From the NCBI GenBank assembly GCA_040954595.2, contig CM082585.2, positions 4,117,358 to 4,181,357 on the forward strand: 64,000 bases of DNA, given 5' to 3'. Position 1 is the stretch's first letter; each line of letters starts with the position of its first letter. This DNA is from Balanoglossus misakiensis (lineage: Eukaryota > Animalia > Hemichordata). The translations under genes and the position numbers were made by a program. The notes under the pieces are model-generated. The model searched no databases, was not told the origin of the DNA, and saw only the letters and a list, made by a program, of their open reading frames with translations. Below are positions 25,021 to 38,800 of the stretch, in pieces.

Positions 25021-27143
25021 TATTCTTGGTTCACTTCTTTCGCGCTCTAGATCTCAGACACCGCTGCAGGTACAGTTCTCAAACTTGCTACAGTGGTCAA
25101 GGTCAATGAGTAGATGTGCAGTGACTTGTGAATACTTAATTAGTCACGTGACATGGCGGCCATATTGGATTTTCTGAAAAAATGCAAATCTCAGATCTCA
25201 GAAACTACAAGTCAGATTGAGTTCAGATTTGGCGTGCTGGTAGTATACCCTCTGCCCATCATTTTTGTAATTGGATATTTTGCTGTCAATGTTGCAGTTT
25301 TTTTGCTACAGTTGTTTTTCTGAAATCTGGTCAAAATTTCAAAAATCTTCTTCTCCAGAACCGGCGATAACCGAGTCACGCTGTTTGGGGTATGTGGTCA
25401 CCTAACTGATGTCTATCAAGTTTGCGAAGATCATTGTGATTGGTCGAAGATTATGGCGGCCATATTGGATTTTCGAAAAACCATAGTAAAACTTCAAAAA
25501 TCTTCTTCTCCAGAACGGGCGATAACCGAGTCACAAGATTTGGTGTGTGTGGTCATTAAACAGATGTCTATCAAGTTTGCGAAGGTGAATGTGATTGGTC
25601 GAAGATTATGGCGGCCATATTGGATTTTGTGAAAAACGACTAAAAAGTAAAAATTCCTTTTCTAGCCTAAAAATTGATAGCACAGAAATTCTTTTTATGG
25701 AAATGAATCATCATATGACAAGAATAACCTATAAATATTTTGGTAATTTTGGCAATGACCTGTGACCTACTTTTGACGCATCATTTTTCTGCATATCTAA
25801 TTCCAGGCTAACCAATAGGGCTATAAGTTTGGTTTTTGATGTATGTGGATTTGTATGTGATCAAAAAATTTTGCTACTTTTCATGACCCCTTTGACCTCT
25901 GCTGACCTCATTAAATATGCATATACCTAATTACAGATGAACCAATAGACCTAGAGGTTTTGTTTTTGTTATACATGGACCAGTATGGGGTCAAAATATT
26001 TTGCCCAAATGTTGGGTGACCTCGGGTGACCTTTGACCTACTTTTGCATATCTCGACATCCACACCAGATACAGCCTTGGCGTTTGGAGGTATGGGGCCA
26101 TAATGAATAGCCAAAGTTTTGGGTCACCTGTGACACCTGCTTTACTCATTATTTATGTGCATACCTAATTCCGGGCTAACGAAAATGGCTAGAGGTCTGG
26201 TTTTTGTTGGACATGGACCACTATGGGTCAAAATTTTCTGCCAAAATTTTGGGTGACCTCAGATGACCTTTGACCTACTTTTGCATATCTCGGCATCCAA
26301 AGCAGGTACAGCGTTGGCATTTGGAGGTATGGGGCCATAATGAAAAGCCAAAGTTTTGTGTCACCTGTGACACCTGCTTTACTCATTATTTATGTGCATA
26401 CCTAATTCCGGGCTAACCAAAAGGGCTAGATGTCTGGTTTTTGTTGGACATGGACCACTATGGGTCAAAATTTTCTGCCCAAATTTTGGATGACCTCAGA
26501 TGACCTTTGACCTACTTTTGCATATATCGGCATCCAAAGCAGGTACAGCCTTGGCATTTGGAGGTATGGGGCCATAATGAAAAGCCAAAGTTTTGGGTCA
26601 CCTGTGACACCTGCTTTACGCATTATTTATGTGCATAACTAATTCCGGCTAACCAAAAGGGCTAGAGGTCTGGTTTTTGTTGGACATGGACCACTATGGG
26701 TCAAAATTTTCTGCCCAAATTTTGGGTGACCTCAGATGACCTTTGACCTACTTTTGCATATCTCGACATCCACAGCAGATACAGCCTTGGCGTTTGGAGG
26801 TATGGGGCCATAATGAAAAGCAAAAGTTTTGGGTCACCTGTGACACCTGCTTTACTCATTATTTATGTGCATAACTAATTCCGGGCTAACCAAAAGGGCT
26901 AGAGGTCTGGTTTTTGTTGGACATGGACCACTATGGGTCAACATTTTCTGCCCAAATTGTGGGTGACCTCTGGGTGACCTTTGACCTACTTTACACTATA
27001 TCAACACCAAACAAAGATATAACCTTGATATTTCATGGGATAAAACACAGCATTATGTTTCTACTCATTAATTATGTGCATATCTAATAATCAGATCAGA
27101 TAATAGAGCTTGGGCCCGGACAATGCTGCTTGCAGCTTTAATT
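23437..27143. mobile_element. Non-autonomous Helentron element 1 (interrupted by element 2), with ~237-bp internal tandem repeats
   Basis: Palindrome ACGGGCCCAAGC...GCTTGGGCCCGT at 23437. Body 24990-27143 ends GCTTGGGCCC-GGACAAT-GCTGCTTGCAGC-TTTAATT. Confidence 0.85.
23489..24989. mobile_element. Non-autonomous Helentron element 2
   Basis: AGGGCCCAAGCGC...GCGCTTGGGCCCT palindrome, (CTTT)n tract, ~155-bp internal dimer. Ends GCTTGGGCCC-GACAAT-GCTGCTCGCAGC-TTTAATT. Confidence 0.9.
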
Positions 27144-30132
27144 AGGGCCCAAGCGCAAGCCAGCGCTTGGGCCCTATTGGTTTCGTTGGGGTTTTTAGGG
27201 CCCAAGCGCATACCAGCGCTTGGGCCCTATTGGTTTCGTTGGGGTTTTTCTGTCTTTCTTTCTTCTTTCTTTATTCTTCTGTCATTTCTTTGTCGCTCTA
27301 GATCTCAGACACCACTGCAGGTACAGTTCTCAAACTTGCTACAGTGGTCAAGGTCAATGAGTAGTCGTGCATTGAACCCATGAATTTTTAATTAGTCACA
27401 TGACCTGGCGGCCATCTTGGATTTTCTGAAAAAATGCAAATCTCAGATCTCAGAAACTACAAGTCAGATCGACTTCAAATTTGGCGTGCAGGTAGACTAC
27501 CTTCTGTCAAACATTTTTGTAATTGGAAATTATGCTGTCAATGTTGCAGTTTTTTTGCTACAATTTTTTTTCTGAAATCTGGCTTAAATTTCAAAAATCT
27601 TCTTCTCTAGAACCGGTGATAACCGAGACACGGGGTTTGGGGTATGTGGTCACCTAACTGATGTCTATCAAGTTTGCGAAGATCATTGTGATTGGTCGAA
27701 GATTATGGCGGCCATATTGGATTTTCGAAAAACCCTAGTAAAATTTCAAAAATCTTCTTCTCGAGAACCGGTGATAACCGAGTCACAAGATTTTGTGTGT
27801 GTGGTCATTCACCAGATGTCTATCAAGTTTGCGAAGAGGAATGTGATTGGTCGAAGATTATGGCGGTCATATTGGATTTTGTGAAAAACGATTAAAAAGT
27901 AAAAATTCCCTTTCTAGCCTAAAAATTGATAGCACAGAAATTCTTTTTATGGATATGGATCATCATATGACTACAATACGCTATAAATATTTTGGTCATT
28001 TTGGCAATGACCTTTGACCTACTTTTGACGCATCATTTTTCTGCATATCTAATTCCAGGCTAACCAATAGGGCTATAAGTTTGGTTTTTGATGTATGTGG
28101 ATAAGTGTGTGATCAAAATTTTTTGCTACTTTTCACGACCCCTTTGACCCCTGCTGACCTCATTAATTATGTGCATAGCTAATTACAGGCGAACCAATAG
28201 ACCTAGAGGTTTTGTTTTTGTTGGACTGGACTAGTATGGGGTCAAAAAATTTTACCCAAATGTTGGGTGACCTCTGGTGACCTTTGACCTACTTTTGCAA
28301 ATATCAGCATCCACAGCAGATACAGCCTTGGCGTTTGGAGGTATGGGGCCATAATGAAAAGCCAAAGTTGTGGGTCACCTGTGACACCTGCTTAACTCAT
28401 TATTTATGTGCATACTTAATTCCGGGCTAACCAAAAGTGCTATAGGTCTGGTTTTTGTTGGACATGGACCACTATGGGTCAAAATTTTCTGCCCAAATTA
28501 TGGGTGACCTCTGGGTGACCTTTGACCTACTTAACACTTTATCAGTACTAAACATAGATATAACCATGATATTTCATGGGATAAAACACAGCATTATGTT
28601 TCTACTCATTAATTATGTGCATATCTAATAATCAGATCAGATAATAGAGCTTGGGCCCGGACAATGCTGCTTGCAGCTTTAATTCTGTCTTTCCTTCTTT
28701 CTTTCTTTCTTCTTTCTTTATTCTTCTGTCAATTCTTTGTCGCTCTAGATCTCAGACACCACTGCAGGTACAGTTCTCAAACTTGCTACAGTGGTCAAGG
28801 TCAATGAGTAGTCGTGCATTGAACCCATGAATTTTTAATTAGTCACATGACCTGGCGGCCATCTTGGATTTTCTGAAAAAATGCAAATCTCAGATCTCAG
28901 AAACTACAAGTCAGATCAACTTCAAATTTGGCGTGCAGGTAGACTACCTTCTGTCAATCATTTTTGTAATTGGAAATTATGCTGACAAAGTTGCAGTTTT
29001 TTTGCTACAATTTTTTTTCTGAAATCTGGCTTAAATTTCAAAAATCTTCTTCTCCAGAACCGGTGATAACCGAGACACGGGGTTTGGGGTATGTGGTCAC
29101 CTAACTGATGTCTATCAAGTTTGCGAAGACCATTGTGATTGGTCGAAGATTATGGCGGCCATATTGGATTTTCGAAAAACCCTAGTAAAATTTCAAAAAT
29201 CTTCTTCTCAAGAACCGACGATAACCGAGTCGCAAGATTTGGTGTGTGTGGTCATTAAACAGATGTCTATCAAGTTTGCGAAGAGGAATGTGATTGGTCG
29301 AAGATTATGGCAGCCATATTGGATTTTGTGAAAAACGATTAAAAAGTATAAATTCCTTTTCTAGCCTAAAAATTGATAGCACAGAAATTCTTTTTATGGA
29401 TATGAATCATCATATGACAAGAATAAGCTATAAATATTTTCGTAATTTTGGCAATGACCTTTGACCTACTTTTGACGAATCATTTTTCTGCATATCTAAT
29501 TCCAGGCTAACCAATAGGGCTATAAGTTTGGTTTTTGATGTATGTGGATTTGTATGTGATCAAAAATTTTTGCTACTTTTCATGACCCCTTTGACCTCTG
29601 CTGACCTCATTAAATATGCGCATACCTAATTAATGATGAACCAATAGACCTAGAGGTTTTGTTTTTGTTATACATGGACCAGTATGGGGTCAAAATATTT
29701 TGCCCAAATGTTGGGTGACCTCGGGTGACCTTTGACCTACTTTTGCATATCTCGACATCCACACCAGATACAGCCTTGGCGTTTGGAGGTATGGGGCCAT
29801 AATGAAAAGCCAAAGTTTTGGGTCACCTGTGACACCTGCTTAACTCATTATTTATGTGCATACCTAATTCCGGGCTAACCAAAAGGGCTAGAGGTCTGGT
29901 TTTTGTTGGACATGGACCACTATGGGTCAAAATTTTCTGCCCAAATTGTGGGTGACCTCTGGGTGACCTTTGACCTACTTAACACTATATCAACACCAAA
30001 CATAGATATAACCTTGATATTTCATGGGATAAAACACAGCATTATGTTTCTACTCATTAATTATGTGCATATCTAATAATCAGATCAGATAATAGAGCTT
30101 GGGCCCGGACAATGCTGCTTGCAGCTTTAATT
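27144..30132. mobile_element. Non-autonomous Helentron element 3 (interrupted by element 4)
   Basis: Palindromic end at 27144. Body 28685-30132 has the same terminal subTIR and hairpin. Confidence 0.85.
27197..28684. mobile_element. Non-autonomous Helentron element 4
   Basis: Complete ~1.49-kb copy with both diagnostic ends. Confidence 0.9.
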
Positions 30133-33100
30133 AGGGCCCAAGCCCAGCAGGCTTGGGCCCTATTGTTTTTACTGGAGTTTTTCTTTTTCTTCTTCTGTCG
30201 TTTTTTCGGCCAGCTAGATCTGGAAAACGGCTTAACCTACCAATTTCAAACTTGGCACAATGGTGCAGGCCAATGAGAGCTTGTGCAGTACCCTTGTGAA
30301 TGTTTAATTAGTCACGTGACCTGATGACCATATATAGGCAAAATTTTCAAATCGGCCTAATTTGCATATGAATGGAGATATCAAAATTCTGTTAAGATAC
30401 TTTGTGGGCCATATGGCAAGGGTTCTACATGCCAAATGTCAAGGCCATAGGCCATGTCAATTTTGAGAAGAAGATTTTTAAGTATTATTTTTCATATTTT
30501 TTCGCCCAAGCCATCGGCCTATACTTTACATAGTAAAGCTACGACCACATCGTATTTTGGATAAATATGCATACATATCTCAAAATCTGTGAGGCCGATC
30601 ATCTCCAACTTTGGTGTGCAGCTAGCCTAGCATTTGTCAATAATTTTAAGCCAAAAAAAATAGTCTGAAAAATCGACCGATTTTTTTATATTAATTTTTT
30701 TATTAAATTTATACCTTTAATTATACCTCTATGGTTAAGCTATGTCTATGTCTTATTGTGGAATTCTGGTCTGTGCAATAGTCTTGTACAGTGACTATCT
30801 ATTGGTCAGTGAGCACAATGGCACCAAAATAAAAGGCAAAATTTTAGGCTCACCTGTAACACCTGCTTAACTGATTAATTATGTGCATACCTAATTCTGG
30901 GCTAACTAAGAGGGCTAGAGGTTTCGTTCTTGTGGGACATGGACCAGTATAGGGTCAAAATTTCTTGCCCAAATTTTGGGTGACCTCAGCTGACCTTTGA
31001 CCTACTTTCCAATATCTCGGCATCCAGAGCAGGTACAGACTTGGCGTTTGGAGGGTTGGGAGTAAAATTGAAAAGCCAAAATGGGGGTCACCTGTGACAC
31101 CTGTATATCTCATTAATTATGTGCATACCTAATTCCAGGCTAACCAATAGGGCTATAGGTTTGGTTTTTGTTGAACATGGACCAGTATAGGTTCAAAATT
31201 TCTTGCCCAAATTTTGCTTGACCTCGGGTGACCTTTGACCTACTTTACCAGATCTTGGCATCCAGAGCAGGTACAGACTTGGCGTTTGGAGGGTTGGGAC
31301 TAAAATTGAAAAGCCAAAATTGGGGATCACCTGTGACACCTGCCTACCTCATTAATTATGTGCATACCTAATTCCAGGCTAACCAATAGGGCTATAGGTT
31401 TGGTTTTTGTTGAACATGGACCAGTATAGGGTCAAAATTTCTTGCCCAAATTTTGCATGACCTCAGGTGACCTTTGACCTACTTTCCTATATCTCAGCAT
31501 CCAGAGCAAGTACAGACTATGTGTTTGGAGGGTTGGAACTAAAATTGAAAAGCCAAAATTGGGGGTCACCTGTGACACCTGCCTACCTCATTAATTATGT
31601 GCATACCTAATTCCAGGGTAACCAATAGGGCTATAGGTTTGGTTTTTGTTGAACATGGACCAGTATGGGGTCAAAATTTCTTGCTGAAATTTTGTATGAC
31701 CTCAGGTGGCCTTTGACCTATTTTACAATATCTCGGCATTCAGAGCAGATACAGTCTTGGCATTTGGAGGGATACAACTCCTAAATGGAGCCTTACACTT
31801 TACCTCATTAATTATGTGCATACCTAATTCTAGGCGAACCAATAGGGCTAGAGGTCTGGTTTTTTATGGACCTGGACCAGTATGGGGTTGAATTTTTTGG
31901 TCCAAATTTCGGGTGTTCTTAGGTGACCTTTGACCTACTTTCCTATATCTCGGCATCCAGAACTGGTACAGCATTTGTGTTTGGAGGGATTGGACTCTTA
32001 ATGGTGTCTTTCACTTTCCTGCATTAATTATGCGCATACCTAATTTCACACAAACCGATAGGGCTAGAGGTGTGGTTTTTGTTGCACATGTTCCAGTATG
32101 GGCTCAAAATATTTCGCCCTAATTTTGGATGACCTCAGGTGACCTTTGACATACTTTTCCATATTTCTGCACCCAGCGCAGATACAGCCTTGGCATTTGG
32201 AGTGATGGGACACTAATTGAGGCTTACACCTGACCTCAGTAGTTATGCACAAATCTAATTCCAGACTAACCATTAGTACTAGAGAGGTGTGGTCTTGGGT
32301 TGGACATGGACCAATCTGGTTTAAGAACACTTTTGGAAAATATTTTTGTTGACTCATCAGCTGCCTTTCCAAAGTACAGCATCAATATTACACAATTTAG
32401 TGTAATCAGCTAGCATTTTATTACTAGAGTAATAATGTCAGATTTTTGCTTTGGTTTATGTTTTGGTGGATGAGAGTGTTTAATACCCATACATTTGTTG
32501 GGGAATTTGCACACAAAAATTCTTGCTAAATTTGTAGTCAATTTTTTGTATTTGAAAATAATAACTTTTACAATTATGACCAAACACATTTCAGACTAGT
32601 TTAGATTTTTTATTGAATATTTAGCAACAATCGAATGAGTAAGGATTAACAATCAAATAGGTAAGGATGTACAAGTAATCAAACTTTACCATAGCAGTGA
32701 ATAACAACATGATAAGTAAAAATAAATGAAACTCAAGTTCTCAATGAGGATATCAATTGGAATCAGTATATGTAGCTATAACATATTTTCTCTTCCATTA
32801 AAGTTTTCTATTCATGTTATTTTTTTGTTAATGAATCAGCTGTGTTACATAATGATCATTAACCATCATTGTTTGAGTTGGGTGAAAAGTGTAATTACAA
32901 AGTCTGGGGAAAACTAAGTAAATTAATACACATGAATACATATAAAATATCTGTACAAAAAACATACAAAATACATAGCTATCATAGAAATGAAAAAGAA
33001 TTTATAATCAGTGAGTATTATCATCAAACCAGTCAAATTAGATAGTAATGTCACATTAATTAGTATTAATATTTATTTCCTACATGGCACATATATATTT

Positions 33101-33189
33101 TTTCTTATATAGCACATGATACAACATACATAATCATATGAATTAGTATGATGCATTTATGAAATAATTAGGTCACCATGACCTTATAT

Positions 33190-33521
33190 AGCACATATTT
33201 ATTTCTTATATAGCACAGCTAACCGCTGTACAGTTTTTCCCCATGGTCATTGGACCTAGGTCATTTGACCTAACTATTCCATTCACTCCCTGGGGAGCAA
33301 ACAACAGCTCACATGTGCAGCCTTTATATCAGCCAAGCAGAGCTAAACATACACATACACTCTCTGTACTACCAAGGTACCAATTTTTCCTAGGTGGGGA
33401 GAGGCTATGAGATGTAGAATGTTTTGCCAAAGGGAAGGCATCACCCAGCCATGCCAGGGCTCGAACCCATGATCCTTCGATCATGAGTTCGATGCTCTTA
33501 CCACTGGACTATGATGCCTCC
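33190..33521 (-). mobile_element. tRNA-derived SINE inserted in the Helentron
   Basis: Minus strand starts GGAGGCATCATAGTCCAGTGG (A box) ... GGGTTCGAGCC (B box), followed by a non-tRNA body (...aattggtacc...ctccccagggag...) and an A-rich tail. No CCA or complete acceptor stem. Confidence 0.75.
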
Positions 33522-35893
33522 ACATACAAATATGGCACAATCTATCGTTTTCCTGTGAAATTTAAAATATGACTGGCCAATGCCTACTTGTGCCTCACAA
33601 CATCATCACATCGTATTGTTGCAAATGGTCATGGTGACCAAATTATTGCATCACACTTTGAAACTAATTCATATGTCTATGTATGTATGTTTGTAGTAAA
33701 ATGTCATTGTGCCAAGGCAATTAATATACAGAATTGGTTAACCCCTTCAGACTCAGGTCTCTGTTTAAAGTCCAACTTCACTATAAGCAACAAGTGAAGT
33801 GATCCTTCTCGCCAATAAATTACTTTTCATAAAAAATCAACTGCATCTATTTGTATGATATGGTGCATTGTCATAAGTGTCAACCAATGTGGTTCAGGTA
33901 TGTCTGTGAACTAGGTCCACACTAACTGGTTGTTATTGCTGGATGGTGGGCAAGTTAAAAGTGTCTGCTAGACATTATCAGCACGGACTGACAAACATGA
34001 GCAGTACTGAAGAAATGGAACAATATAAATATAGGATGTACAGGCTTTGTTATTTGTTATAACATGAACTGTCAATGCTAAAGCAACCATCGCCAATCTA
34101 CCAGACTACACAAACCAGTGTCTGTACTCAATGACATTGAGTGGAATCTTAAAATTTCTATGAACTTTACAATCGTCTCAAGGATATAGCGCTCACATTT
34201 GTTTCAAATCAGTAATATTAATCATGAGTATATATCAACAAGGAAAATACAATGACCTGCAGGCCAAAATAACTTTACCAGATAGATTTCAAAATACCAT
34301 GGTTCAAAAACGAAGTTGTTGTAACTCTGCATTGATTGTGCCAATTGTACAAGTTCCTGTTATATGCAAATAAAGCTGTAATTGATTGGCCATGGCAAAT
34401 ATACAGTACACCCAGATGTCTGTAATACTGAAAGCTACACGCACATGTCATATTGACACAATTTGTTTGGTTCTCACGAAAATTGTCAAACCCAGCTAAA
34501 AATACATTCCTTACAATCATTTTTTCTACTGTTTCATCAAATTTACTTCAGTATTTTCATAACTACTATAATTATATCACTAATTTAAAACAGCCATTAA
34601 GTATGCACACTGCAAATTCCTTTCAGGAAATAAAAATCCACTTAAATATCACTTTAAAGCATATTGCACATCACAGTTAACAATTGAAGTAATTCACACA
34701 AGCTCTAACATATTCCATTTCTACTTAAATATATTGTCTCATAAACACTTCAAATACAAATATATACATGCATATATATACATATATCAATACATATATA
34801 CACTTCAAAAAAAATTCTCTCTTCTATTATATATAGTTTCGCCATATACATATATACATTTGAATTCATATAATCATTAAAATCACATTGTGAGGAAACC
34901 ATCTGAAACATCTCACTCAAAATTACCAATGGCAATCACTTACAAATATGTGGAGACAAAGAGAAAACAAGTGACATGAGCTCTATCCTGTACTTCTAAA
35001 GCAATTAGCAACTGTAACTTCTGCATAGGTTGTGTTCTCAACGTAAATGAACATTTTGAAGTGAAATAAAAAAATACATAATAAAAGCAATGTACAAAGT
35101 TACAGAAACCGTTTCTTTAAAGGGACAAAGCCGCTATTTTTAATAGTCTAGTCAAGTACGCATGGAATTCTAATATAAACACACAAATTCTGTGAAACGC
35201 TGATCCAACTGTGGTCGGAAATTACATCCTTGTTCTAGGGTCACAGATTATCTTATGTGTGACATCTACGTAATATAAAACACTATTTCCCTTGGCGTAA
35301 AAAGAAGTCCTCATAGAGATCACAAAACAAATTAGTGTACCGGTAGGGTCTACAACGAAGAGCATGATTGCTCAGGTTATCATCTGTACCAGAAAATGTT
35401 CAACGGAATATTTTATCATGTCAATCTGTAAGTAGAGTAGGTGTTTCCCACACTTTATAAGTATTTCAGTTTCTTATAAGGACTCACACAACTGAGACTT
35501 CTGTTCATATCAAACAATATAAAGAAATGATCATAAAACAGTGACTTTTCCCCTTGCAAGCTCTATGCACTCATGACGTCCTCCCCTCTGACACACACAA
35601 ACGCACTGATTAATAGCACCTGTAGAGGCTAATACTGTCTTTACCATTGTCAGGTCTTTTTGTTTTTGTTTACTGCTGACATAGGAATAGCAGTAAACAA
35701 CAACAAACACCTGACAATGGTAAACATGGAGCATATCTTGACAGGTGGTATTAATCAGATAGAGAATTCAAACAAAAAAATGTGGCCCCGTCACAATGGC
35801 AACACCACAAAATTGTAATAATCAGGACGGGTTTGCATTCTTGAAAATTACTTCAGTGTATATCAGTGTTTGTCTCAGTTTTAGTGCGAATGT

Positions 35894-38800
35894 TCAAATC
35901 TGAATACGTATGGCTTCATGAAAACTGAAGTATTTGGGTACAATCTCTACTGTGACATTTTCTATGCCTTTCACATACACATGGTCAATCAATGTACCTG
36001 CTTCTGTGGTTGCTGTAGTAACACACTGCTTGAAACCACAGCATTGCATTAAATCCAGAAGAGATGACGATGTGAATATGTTCTCATTGAAATCACCCAT
36101 GATCACTATCCCACCATGGCGTTTACCCATTTCACTCACTAAAAGTAGCAAGTTCTTCCTGAATGTCTCTGCTTTGTATGATGGTGGTCTGTAAACTACT
36201 GCTATTGACACATTAATGTCTTTGTCATAAAATGCCATATATTCCAGGTTACAAACAGGCAAATGCAAAATTTCTACAGTTCTAGACATATTGCAGTACA
36301 CTCCAACACCACCCCTATGTTGTGATTGCAAAGTCGCAGTGTTGCTATTCAATTGATTATAAGATAAACTTCGGGGTTTATGACAAAATACAAAACCACT
36401 AACTTCTATATCAGATTCTATTGTTGTCTCTGATAACCATGTTTCTGTCAAACAAATGAAGTCTGACTCTAAGTATTCAGCACCAATACGAAGATCTTCA
36501 ATGTGGTTTTGAACACCCTCAATATTATGCAGTATGAAAGTGCAAGCATGGCTTGTTTCCATCTTTGTTTCACATGTATCAAGAAACTGTGGCATTTCTG
36601 CCAAAGCAGCCTGTATCTTTGGATTGCAATAAATAGAAGATGTTTCAAATTCATCAATGACAAGACCTTCCAATGATGTCACTCGACTCAATGCAACATA
36701 TGCCTGTCCTGGTGCAAACATCTTCTTTAAACTAACAACAGCTTTATCAACTGTCAATCCTTGTACCTTATGCACTGTACATGCCCATGCTAGTTTCAGG
36801 GGAAACTGTCTCCTTATACCACCATTAATTGCAACAGACAATTCCTGAGGTTCAATACGTGTGCTCCTTTCTGGTAACTGAACTACATTAGGTGTTTTTC
36901 TGCGCAACTTTTGCCCAACACTTACATTATCAAACACCACATAAACAGCTATTGGGAAAGTCCCATTTTCCTTCACTTCAATATGGCATACCGTTCCAAA
37001 TACACCATTCACCAACCCATCAGAAACATCTATATTTTGTGTCAACTGAACTCGTGCACCAACGGCTAGAGTTACACTTTTAGGCAACATTGTTCTGTAG
37101 ACTTTTGCGTGATGCCCTTCCTTTCTCTCCAATTTTCCTGTTGTAGCATTTTTGATGAAATCTTCTGCTTCAATACACACAGGATCAGAACATAATGAAT
37201 GAAGCATTGTAACATTGCATTTATTTACTTCTGCATTTGTACCAAAAATGTGAATGGCCTCAGACGATTCACCAGTGACACATTTCAGAAACATTTCCAA
37301 GTCATCTGCTTTCAGTGCCTCTCCCTTCTTGTGAAGTCTTATGTGATTCAGTGCTTCTGCAAAGCCACTATCCTTCTGTCTCATTATTTCAGTAAGCTCA
37401 ACAATCTTGAAATTATCACTCCACAAACTAATTACATCATTGTCTATGCATAGTGGACTTCCTTTCACAGGTGGAAGTTGGTAAAAATCACCAACAGCAA
37501 TGACACTTACATTTCCAAATGGTGCCTGACTTGAGCTTTGTTTGAGTTGTCTTAATCTTCCATGAACATAGTGCAATAACTTCTTATCAACCATAGAAAT
37601 TTCATCTATTATTAAAATTTCCACATTTCCAAGTTTTGAACGGAGACTGTTTATCTTTTCCTCATGCAGTGGCTGATACGGCAGCTTTGAGTCAACTGCT
37701 ATTGAAAATGCATGATGCAGTGTTTCTCCTTGTATATTAAATGCAGCTACACCCGTTGGAGCTGTGAGCATTACAGAGATTTCATCTGGGTTTGGCAATA
37801 CACGAGCTAGAATTCGTTTGGCTTCATGATACAACGTCTTGATTACATGGCTTTTCCCAGTGCCAGCACCACCACTTACAAATAAATAAAAGGGCTCTGG
37901 ATTCTTCCCATTGCTTTTATCCAAACACCACTGTCTCACACTATAAAAAACATCTGCTTGTTTTTTGTTCAATGATCTGCACATTGCTGCAATCTCTGCT
38001 CTTGCTACTGAAGTAGAGACCTCCACACTGCAATCACCTTGCGCTTTTACCACCAACTCTGGAATATCATCTGTTTCATCTCCATCATCATCTTCATTGC
38101 ATTTTTTGCCTTCCTCAATACATTCCAATCTGTCTAATTCATTTTCTGGGCAGATTTGTGCCCATGCATCTTCCAGTGGTTCATTATTCCCACCAAGGAA
38201 TTCTTCAGCCATATCAACAGCATCAGCCTCTTTTTCATACAGTGCTTTGTTTCTTTCCACTATGTCCTTCACTTTTTCTACAGATTCAGATCCACATTTC
38301 ACAGCACCAACACGATAGAAATCCTCATAGGATTCAAAACCTCTAGGTTTCAGTTGGGAATCAACCCGGTGTGGTAGAAAGAGTTCCAAGATACTGCGAT
38401 AATACTTCTCTGGATATTTTGTCACTGAGAATCTTGCATATCTGATGACAGCTGGTTCAGTTCGTGATCTCTTTTGCATATAACCAGTATTATTTTGTAA
38501 CTTTACTAGTGGACTCTGTCGTTTCTCATCATTGACATTCACAACTTCTGATTTTGAAACTATTCTGTATTCTGAGCAAAATGTAGCAAGACACATGCTA
38601 TCAAAATCTACCCCATTTGGTCTGTTCTTGTATCTGTCAACGATACTATGCATCCAGATGCTTTCTTCATCGACCTCATTTCCCTTCATTTTGTTTTTTA
38701 TTGCAGCAAATGGTAAACTCATTTTGATAGGATTTTCTCCAGTTGGAATAAACTGGACTTTTCGAGATGATTGCTTCAGTTTCAATCCACACACTCTATA

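Noticed and set aside
33440-33521. tRNA gene
   Set aside because: A/B boxes are present, but the acceptor stem is incomplete and the sequence continues into a SINE body.
35117-35140. TTAAAGGGACAAAG, a possible second Kolobok MITE end
   Set aside because: No partner TIR found nearby; at most a remnant.
8845-35734. Numerous 60-110-aa ORFs in the supplied track
   Set aside because: They lie in transposon and tandem repeats, recur with the repeats, and have no recognisable domains.
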